64,000 nt of DNA from Octopus vulgaris (Eukaryota), in NCBI GenBank assembly GCA_951406725.2, contig OX597825.1, forward strand, positions 26,412,001 through 26,476,000, written 5' to 3'. This document shows positions 54,184-64,000 of the stretch, piece after piece. Numbering within the stretch: position 1 is the stretch's first letter; each line of letters opens with the position of its first letter. The position numbers and the translations under genes are program-made. The notes below the pieces were generated by a model that did not search any database, was not told the origin of the DNA, and saw nothing but the letters and a program-made list of their open reading frames with translations.

Positions 54184-55259
54184 TGTGTGTGTGTGTGTCT
54201 ATATATTCACGCGCATACGTACATAAATGGTTATGTAGTCTTATGGAAACTTTTAAAAAGGTTTATTTTGTTGAAAATGAGATGTTTGTATTTGCTTTTA
54301 CATATATTTTGCAACTAAGATATATCACTATACTATGTTATGTATGCGAGCTAGAGAAAAGTAATTATTTGTCGCATTTAGCAAGTGTGAATTAATGACT
54401 ATCATTAATTTCCCACAGGCTTTATTGTGGTTGACCAAAATAAAGTGGTACCATACTAAGTAAATGATTTTTGTGTAATTATTTTATATTGACAGATTTA
54501 CTATTCGATAAAATATTGCACATGTATTCGATTCTATTCCATCGATTAAATTGATAATTAACCCTTCCCTAAAGGTTCGTGACATTGTATCAGTCTTAGA
54601 AAATATAAACGAATTGCGTAAATGAAATAATATTACTCCAGAAGTAAAACTGGAGTACCATACAATTACACGCAACTTTAATAAACTTTTCGCACTGTAA
54701 ATCATGTTATCGTTTTCATTTAACCGAAAGCAACATCAATTGTGAAACATTTTCATTTGTTGAATCGAAAGTAATGTATGTCTGGCGAGGTTTTTGATTG
54801 ATGTGATAGAAGTACAAGATAGGTCGACATATCTGTGATTCCTGTGTTTTTACTAGCAATTTATTTAACGTACATAAAAGCTAAGTAAATCTCTGTGGCC
54901 GTGGCTGCCATATATTGTCTCCCACTATTTGATAATGTTCAGTCGGAAAAGCTTATACCTAGTTAATTATACGAATCAAACTAATTCTGTTGACAAACTA
55001 ACGGCGAAGGGAAATCTTAATGTGTGCAATTACTCTGAAACCATTTTATTACCGACCAGTTTTGTGCATAGGACGAAATTGAGCTTAAACTATATGCAAA
55101 ATCTTGCAAAGTACGTAATAGATGTAGATGTGAAAAGTCGAGGCGCGAGCTGCGAAACATTATTGAAGGCAGATTGACAATATAACCTGTAGGGAAATGT
55201 CACTTCTCGAGACGTTATTGCAACAAATATCGAAAAAATAAGGAAGAATAAAATAACGG

Positions 55260-55470
55260 TGTCAAATTTTGCCAAAAGGTCAACCATTTTGTGGAAGGGG
55301 ATAAGTCGATTGCCTCGACCCAAGTGTTTCACTGGTATTTAATTAATCGAAGCATAAATGATTAAAGGCAACCTGGACAGCGGTTGAATTTGAACTCATA
55401 AATTATCGACGGGCGAAATACTGCTAAGTATATCGCCCAGGTGCCCTGTATTCTGCCAGCTCGTCGCCTT
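55260..55470 (-). mobile_element. degraded Meta-like core SINE
   Basis: ttctgccagctcgtcgcc head end, gaatttgaactc B-box, aaaggcaa core. Confidence 0.7.
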
Positions 55471-56853
55471 TAGGGAGATTAAAATAATAAGATGACATTC
55501 TAATCACACATAGCCCACATAACATGAATGAAACTGCCGGCTGTATAATAGTAGTTAAACTGCCATATTAAGAAATATTCGATAAATACTAATGACAGAA
55601 GCCTTGCTGATGATAAGACTGCTTCATCAAGATTTTCCAAAATTAAGGACATTAAGAAGGAACACGACGACCAGATGCATTCAATATCATGTTCATTACA
55701 AGCTCCTACGTATCAAATATTATCATTAATACATGATTACTGTTACCATAATTCACTCAACACATCACTAAGGCCATCAATGTAACCATAAGTGCACAGT
55801 CTTCCTAGAGAGATCTGGCCATCTTTCCAATCAGTCCAATGGTAACGTTACTACTAACATCATTACGCATTCAGCAACGGCATCATATTCATCATTATAG
55901 GCATATTAATACTTGCTGTCATTATTAGTTTCGTATAAAAAGAATGTCTTTGTTCATAGCAATCAATATTCAGTACAATACATGTTCATGGCCTCTCAAC
56001 TTCTAACGTTAATATGAGAGAAAACAATATACGTTTTCTCCAGGTGAAAATTGCAAAGACATTACATACAAAATAAAAGATATTTCAATTATCATAGCAT
56101 TTCCCGTACCGTTGAAACATTAATAAACATATATCTTATATTTATGTATGCATGTATGCATGTATGTATGTATGTATATTTGTATGTAAGTATGTGCGTG
56201 TATATAGTCAATAAAACATATATCAGAAAAGAATCACGCTCTAAAGAATACAACAGCAATTATTAAAATAAAAAGTTAAATGCTGGAAATTGAGTTTTAA
56301 AGGTTTCTTCCTATCTAATAACATTCTTATGTTAGAAGGTAAATCTCGATATCTGAGCATTTACCGTGCGGTAAACCTATGACAAGAATTTGCCTTTTTT
56401 TAATTTTAATTCATAATTCTGTTCTTTGCTCTAGCTAGTCAGCTACCTTGACCTACCCCGCTATATTTCATACTACTATAGAATTTTGTTTGCAACAGTT
56501 TGCGAACTTAATCGTGGTCTGATCGGCATCTTTCCTCATGTTTCTTGAAATTTATATCCACATCTTTATGAGTATATTTACTTTCTCTGGTATGGCAATA
56601 ATTAATTTAAGAACTTTGAATTGTTGGAAAACATATATGGTCTGCTTGGAATCTTACTTCAAGTTCCTGGAACTCACATCTATAACTTCATAAGTATATT
56701 TACACTCTCTAAGATGTTTGGAAAACCTATATGAAATTTAGCTGAAGATTACTTGACGTTATATTTGCTGTAATTTTTGCAGCTTTAATAAAATGTTTAT
56801 AGTATGAAACAATTGTACTAAACTACCGATCCATTCTTGTTGCTTATTTTTGG

Positions 56854-56891
<38 letters not shown>

Positions 56892-57365
56892 TAAAGCAGA
56901 AACAGACTCCATAATGTTCAAGATATCTTTGGACAAATTCATTCAAAATGTCCAGGATAAACTTCCTACACGCGGATATGTCTCTCTAAACAATGTCTAC
57001 TTGAGTGGGCCATGTTGTCCGATTCCTGATTTGAATGACTTTACCAGGGGGTGCTATTAAGGTAGACTGGCCTGGGCCAAAACTGACTGAAACCTATCAA
57101 ATTATCAAAGTATATATGTGAAAAGTATGTCGTGTATTCAACGTTAGGAAAATTCAGATTAATAAGTGAATGCTTATATTTTTTCTCAGACCCTTAATAG
57201 TCACATCCGTATGTATGTGTGTATGTATGCATGTATGTGTGTATGATATGTATATATGTATGTATGTATGTGTGTATGGTATGTATATGTATCAATTTAT
57301 CTACGTATATATCTATCTACCTGCCTACCTACCTACCTATCTATCTATCCATCTATCTATCGTTG

Positions 57366-57396
<31 letters not shown>

Positions 57397-57397
57397 A

Positions 57398-57454
<57 letters not shown>

Positions 57455-58019
57455 ATCTGCCTGTCTATCTATCTACCTATCTGTCCTTCGCCTTCTGTCA
57501 ATCTATCTATCTATCCAATAATATAGTCTACACATTAGGGAGAGATGTCTAAAATTTTGTTTAAGTTAATGACACCAAACTCACATAGAAATATACACAG
57601 AAGTGTGAAAACAATTTCATTGACGTAGCCAAATTTTCTTCTTCAGCTGCTTAATTTCCCACAAGAGAAAAAAAGAACGAAACAATTTCTTACTGGATAT
57701 TACATGCATATATAAACTATAATTCTATTTAATAAAACGTTTTAGTAGAAAGTGATGCCTAAAGATGCATCTGACACATATATACACAAACACCCCACCC
57801 TCACACATGCACGTGCCCGGGCATACGCAAAAATATATAGTTTATAAATTAGAGACAGGTATTGTCTGTATAGAGTACACATCGTAGTGCTCAAGAGATT
57901 TAAACTTGAACAAGTGGAGGAGTAAATGTAAGGACAAGCAAGTTCGGCATGTCGATATAGAAAAAATCTTACATACATTTAATACTAAAAATGTATATAT
58001 ACATATTTTTTTTTCCCAA

Positions 58020-58760
58020 TGTGTTGTTCCAGTTTTCAAAGAGAAAAACAGGTCGCTTGCATTGAACTGCAGGCCGATTTTGCTCACCTATCATATCAAA
58101 GTATTTGAGAGGGTGGTCAGCTCACGGAGAAAGCACTTTCTTGAAAGCAACAGACTGCTGAATCCCAACGCAGTTCCTTCTTCAACTTGATGACATTTTG
58201 AGAGCTTCAGGAGAAGGCTAGACTACTGATGTCATGATTGCAGCAAGGCTTTTTACAGGGTGGATCACAAGGCCCTCTTGAAAAAAAAACTATCCAACAT
58301 TAGTGTCTCTGGAAAGTTACTTCGATCGATGAAGTGTTTCCTGACAGGCAGAACCCTATACATTGTAGTCGAAAGAATAAAATGAAGCCTAGCCAAAGTC
58401 AGAGTAATGATGTTCCTGAAGGTACTGTGTTAGGCCCACTTCTTTTCATCATCTACATCAATGATATTACTTACGTCATGAAATACAATAACATAAGAAT
58501 TTTTTCAGATGATTCGAAGATACAGAACGTCCTCAATGAAGTGGATGATCGGGCAGGGCATCAGTCAGAACTACTGGCTGTCATCCAATGGGCGGAAGAG
58601 AATACTATGCTGCTAAACGAAGAGAAATTTATGTCAATCCACTTCGGAAAAAAGGATATAATGAAACTCCCATACTGCCTTTTTCCAGGTGAAACTGTCA
58701 TGGTATTAAAGACTTGGGAGTAGTTGCGGACAACAAAATTCTGGGTCGCTCATATAAATA
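58020..58760 (+). mobile_element. degraded CR1/L2-group reverse transcriptase fragment
   Basis: VVPVFK..NCRPILLTYHIKVFERVV; SKAFYRVDH; VPEGTVLGPLLFIIYINDI; IFSDDSKI; MLLNEEK. Confidence 0.85.
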
Positions 58761-58876
58761 GCAAAGTTCTTTGTACATATGTCCTTCTCTGTACATCGGT
58801 CAAACGGGACGCTGCTTGGGCTCGTGGAACAACTCCGAGACTAATACACCTGTTCGTGGTTTTTTTCTTTAAATTC

Positions 58877-58980
<104 letters not shown>

Positions 58981-59028
58981 TACATACACACACCCACGCA
59001 CAAACACACTCACACACACACACACACG

Positions 59029-59070
<42 letters not shown>

Positions 59071-59071
<1 letters not shown>

Positions 59072-59250
59072 GATGAAAATTTCCTGGCTTTGTGTGAGAG
59101 AGAATACAAGAGAATCAATTAACCATGATCATATTCAACATAATAACTTTTCGGATTCACAAACTTATCACAGCAATTCTTCAGTTTCTCTAAACCCTGT
59201 AAAAGAAACCGTGGGCCCTAAAGCCAGGAAATTTCCAGCACTCTGTCATA
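59071..59250. mobile_element. mariner-type MITE
   Basis: TIRs tgatgaaaatttcctggcttt (59071-59091) and aaagccaggaaatttccagca (59220-59240); TA-rich flanks. Confidence 0.75.
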
Positions 59251-59393
59251 TATATGTGTGTGTATGAATGTATGAGCATGTGTATGTAAGTATGTGTGTT
59301 TGTCAAAATATTATATTTTCAGCTTATTTGTGGCATTATCCTTGCGTCAGAGTTTACTTGCCTTCTAGCTCATGATTCATTTCTTAGTTTCTC

Positions 59394-59431
<38 letters not shown>

Positions 59432-59434
59432 TAT

Positions 59435-59983
59435 AAATGCCCTGATGCAGTACCAGACAATGGCTCTCATGGCTTCTGATCATAACTGATTGGAAGTGTT
59501 ATCATGTACATTGTTTTGTCTTGGTATAAAAGATGGGCTACAGCAAATATTCTGCTCAATACCACAGATTTGCTTGTCAGTTGTTTGACCTTAACCAGTT
59601 GAGCATGTCCCTTAGTGGCTGATGATGTGTGCATCTCTGATCACGAGCAGAAGTAGTGGGGGAGCATCATAGCCATGTGTTGAGAGGGTTTCTTTGGGGT
59701 TTGAATAATTCACCTCTGGAAACATGGGTGCTTCGTTCAACATCCTTAATCAACCCTTATTCAGGGACCTTTTGAGCGGGATGGGTTACTGGACCAGAAA
59801 AAGTTCTAACTGAGCCCCATCTGCAAGGTTATGTGCTGTTTATCTTGATATGAGATCACCATGTCGCGCACATATGGTTGTGATGCATGTGCCTAGTGTA
59901 CCCTTATCAGTCATGATGGGTATACTGGGCTTAGTATATTTTACCCCAGTGTCACTTTGATGGCATGGACTGCTCTCTCACTC
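59435..59983 (+). mobile_element. ~540 bp non-coding interspersed repeat in (AAT)n, copy 3
   Basis: full-length match to 25468-26012; (AAT)n on both sides. Confidence 0.92.
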
Positions 59984-60040
<57 letters not shown>

Positions 60041-60599
60041 TATTCAGATATCTACCTGCAGTGTATTTAAAGTAAACCAGTTATACCCTTATCACTCATT
60101 ACCCATTTACTTAAACGCCTTTTTTCTTGCATTTCGTATATCACACATAATTATATATGTACGTTTGTGACTGAATGTGTGTAAGGGACTTTCTGTGTCT
60201 GTATGATCTGAAAATCACATGTTCCTCTCTACTTATATATATTTACTTCTACATATCTGGCAATTAACAAAGGACATAGGAACATTCAATGCAATATTGT
60301 ACGCTTCATATAAACTTATCTGTGATCAATGTATTTAATCGGTTCTTCCTTTCTATAAATGTTTGCTCAGATACTAAAGATTAAACTGATACTTCCATCT
60401 ATAATTTTCTCCTAATAGTAATGAGATTATTAATTGTAGACGATAATCAATACCAACTTGATGATCTGCTTTGCCGTCAAATGCGTTTATATATTTGTCT
60501 AACCGTAACTCCCATTCTGTATATTCCATTCTTCTCTTAATTAATTGTGAAAATATCTCTATATCTCTGCATGAATGCTCAGACACATGCACATACACA

Positions 60600-60607
60600 T
60601 ATACACG

Positions 60608-60662
<55 letters not shown>

Positions 60663-60670
60663 GTGTGTAT

Positions 60671-60703
<33 letters not shown>

Positions 60704-60817
60704 AACTAAACTTACTTGGAAAAGGATGCATGGTGTGCGATCATATAATAATATAAATAATATATAAATATATGCATATATACATATATATAAGTACGTA
60801 ACTACATACATATGTAC

Positions 60818-60902
<85 letters not shown>

Positions 60903-61186
60903 TATGCATATATTGGTATAGGACATAAAAACGTAGACACAATAAGAAAAAGAAAGCATAAAAAAAGACATAGAAAACGAAGTTTTTTCGAACATTGAAA
61001 AAATACAAACACGCTTGTACAATATATACATACGAATCTTTTGTGAGTGTGCAAGCTAGTGTGCTTGTGTTTAGAAGTTTATGTTCGGGCATATGTTTAC
61101 AAACATATGGACATAAATTCGTCTATCCATCTCTCTCTTTCTCTGTCTCTTTCATTCTCTTCCTCTACGTATATATGTATGTATGA

Positions 61187-61248
<62 letters not shown>

Positions 61249-61272
61249 ATGTGTGTATGTATGTGTATATAT

Positions 61273-61356
<84 letters not shown>

Positions 61357-61396
61357 ATGTGTGTATGTATGTGTATATATACACACACACATATAT

Positions 61397-61460
<64 letters not shown>
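60600..61460. repeat. (TA)n/(CA)n/(TG)n microsatellite cluster
   Basis: directly visible. Confidence 0.95.
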
Positions 61461-61463
<3 letters not shown>

Positions 61464-62988
61464 AGATTATTTATGTGTGTTCGTGTGTTGAGGCATATTT
61501 TGTTGTGTCTGGGGAGAGTCATTCTTATTTTGTGACGTATTATTTAACTCACTCACGGTTCAGTTTCTATTCATATACTTCTTCATTTTTTCTCAAATTT
61601 GCGTCGTGCAACATCTTAAAAAATCTTTGACTCTCCGTTCTCCGAGCTGCACTCGTTTTGCTTGTTTGTGCGCATGTGTGTGGGTCAATGGGCATACACA
61701 TACACATATTTATGTATGCATGCATGTATGTGTGTGTGTTTGTATGCATATTTTATATATATGTATGTGTTTACATTTGTTTGTATGTATTACACATATT
61801 CATGAGTTTGAGTGTTCGCGTTAGTGTGATTTTATGTGTGTGAGTGTGTACCTCTGTCAGCTTGTGCGTGCATGTCTGAGTGTGTCCGTGCATGGGTTTT
61901 TTCGACTATGTACGTGCTTCTCTTATGTATGGATTTGTGTGTCCATATGTGTACTTGCGTGAAGTGTGAATGTGTGTATATGGTCATGTGTATCAGTCTT
62001 CATTTGCGTATGAGTGTATGTATGTATGTCTGTTCATGTTAATTTATGTACCTATCTATTCCTAAGACTATCTGTTTGCATTGATGTCCATTTACCTTCC
62101 AGGCAATGGAAGAATACTAAAATTAAGATGTTCCAAAAATGATGTACTTTATCTGGTTTTCTGTTTACTTACATTTCCATAGATTGCTGAGATTTGACTT
62201 CCTTCTCAATCTTTGTAGAGACTCTGTGTAGTATTTGATCAGCTTACATAGTCTTCTAAAATTTATTCAACATCTCATAGAATCGGTTGTTGGTATTTTC
62301 TAAAGTGCGTCTATTAAAATTTTTTAGTACTAATATACGAACCAATCTCTTCTTTTTGTGTTTCGTTGTAGGATATATGATACTGGTACCTGTATTTGTA
62401 TAATGCGTTATGGCTATATCTTTGGAATAATCTAAATCTATTCTGTTTGAGTCTAACTATCTGTAAACCCTTAGCTGTGTGAGCAGAAAACAAATTTCTG
62501 TATTGCAGTCTACTGGAGCGCGGACATCCCAATCAAGACAGATTACGATTGAGAAAGAGGCGTGCGCCTTTCCTGCATTCACCTATAAGAGCATCGAAAT
62601 GTACTAGCTCGAAATGTGAACAGACCTTATCACCAGCCTTTATTTTTTTTATAGAGGGAGTATATTTAATTCTTTTTTTTAGCGTTCACTTTCTTTGGTA
62701 GAATCATATGTATCTTACCATCGTGATCTCGATCCTGATCGTTTGAGAAATTCATTCATCAGGGAAGATTGTTTGGTTAAGTATATTACCTAACTTTTCT
62801 GTCAATATGTGATGAACGACATCTTAAGCGAATCTTTCAAGTAGGCATCCAGTCGCATATTCAATGAGAAATTGTAACCAGAAGAAAATTATCCAATATA
62901 TTCTATCTGTTATATGGATTTTAGATATTACATTATGAGGATGAATTGGAAATAACACCTGAAAAAGAGTGAATATCCACGTATATAT

Positions 62989-63168
62989 TATTATTTGCAT
63001 TTCACGGATATTTGTCATCTTTGTTGTTAACACAACGTTTCGGCATATACCCTCCAGCTTTCATCAGCCGAAACGTTGGGTTGACAACAAACAAGATGAT
63101 AAATATCCGTCAAATGTAAATAATATAAATAATGTACATAATTCCTCATCTCTTAAATATAGAACTGT
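62989..63168 (-). mobile_element. inverted-repeat Penelope-like terminal fragment with hammerhead-like core
   Basis: arms 62989-63044 and 63067-63124; minus strand ctgatga-aagctggagggtatatgcc-gaaacgttg. Confidence 0.65.
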
Positions 63169-64000
63169 ATTATCCACATCTATGTTGCTTTGTTGGCTTG
63201 TTTCGTTTGAAAATGTAGTCAGATATGAATTCATCGAGCTGATGCGGGCTGAAAAGTTGATGATTATATAGTGATAAATATATGCAGGGCAAAATTTCTA
63301 TATGTATCTTCAATACATAAATGTAGGTGAGAAGAAATGCCAGTGCTCATGTATAAGAACGGGAAACGTTTCGGTTAATTCATTAGGGCTAATAGAATGA
63401 GAATAGTTACAGGAGTCAACATAGTCATGTGTGCATGTGAAAGAATTACAAGTGGTTCGTAATTGCTGTCGAAAACTAAAGAGAGATGCAGTGTAAGAAT
63501 AGAAAGGATTAGACACCGTAGATGAACTAGAAGGAATGGCAATAATATATTATAAGACAGATTAATGGCGAATTTATTTTACTGGCGTTCAGATGATAAA
63601 AAACACGAGAGATGCAGATTTTCAGAATTTCTTCCAGATAATGTTTAAACAAAAATAAACGTGTTTTAAATATAGAATAAAAGATACTTATGTAGAAATA
63701 GTAAATCTGATTTGTATCTCCGCATTTGTTGGTTGAGTGTAATATCTGACTCAAAGACTTGGCATTATTGGGAAAGAGAATTTAGGTGGAAACGCATATG
63801 TAGTTTTGCAAATCTATACGCAGATTGACTATATTCTCCTACAATCAAATCACGGTATAAGACATCACCACTTCAAGCACTTCAGCTATCTTTAACGATA
63901 TCTCCGTTATTGCACAATCATTGCAACGCATGATTACCTCCAATTTAATATTTAACAATGATATAGTTAATAATATTTCAACCCTTTAATGACACTTTGG

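Noticed and set aside
62160-62540. possible RTE-type endonuclease relic on the minus strand
   Set aside because: Only faint motif echoes (IIQI, YPTT, EEIGS); too degraded to support by eye.

Overview
AT-rich, microsatellite-dense eukaryotic non-coding DNA. The repeat repertoire suggests an octopus or other coleoid cephalopod genome; this is inferred from SINE/LINE families, not verified. I find no convincing host protein-coding exon. Almost every long ORF in the track is either a microsatellite artefact or a transposon fragment. The window holds (AAT)n-targeted R4/Dong-type RLE retrotransposon pieces (one young 1.45 kb copy), several Tx1/L1-type ORF2 fragments, a CR1/L2-group RT, Penelope-like fragments with hammerhead-like motifs and palindromes in (TA)n, a Helitron 3' end, mariner and maT transposase relics, a MITE and many tRNA-derived SINEs. 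Most interesting: (1) a 2.2 kb TSD-bounded ORF1-only (half-L1-like) Tx1-type element inserted into a SINE head, with a decayed relative nearby; (2) a 5S rRNA + tRNA-head composite SINE; (3) a ~540 bp non-coding element found three times, always in (AAT)n, a candidate non-autonomous Dong partner; (4) long palindromes and hammerhead-like modules; (5) local templated insertions. All coordinates were read by eye and are approximate to about 10-20 bp.
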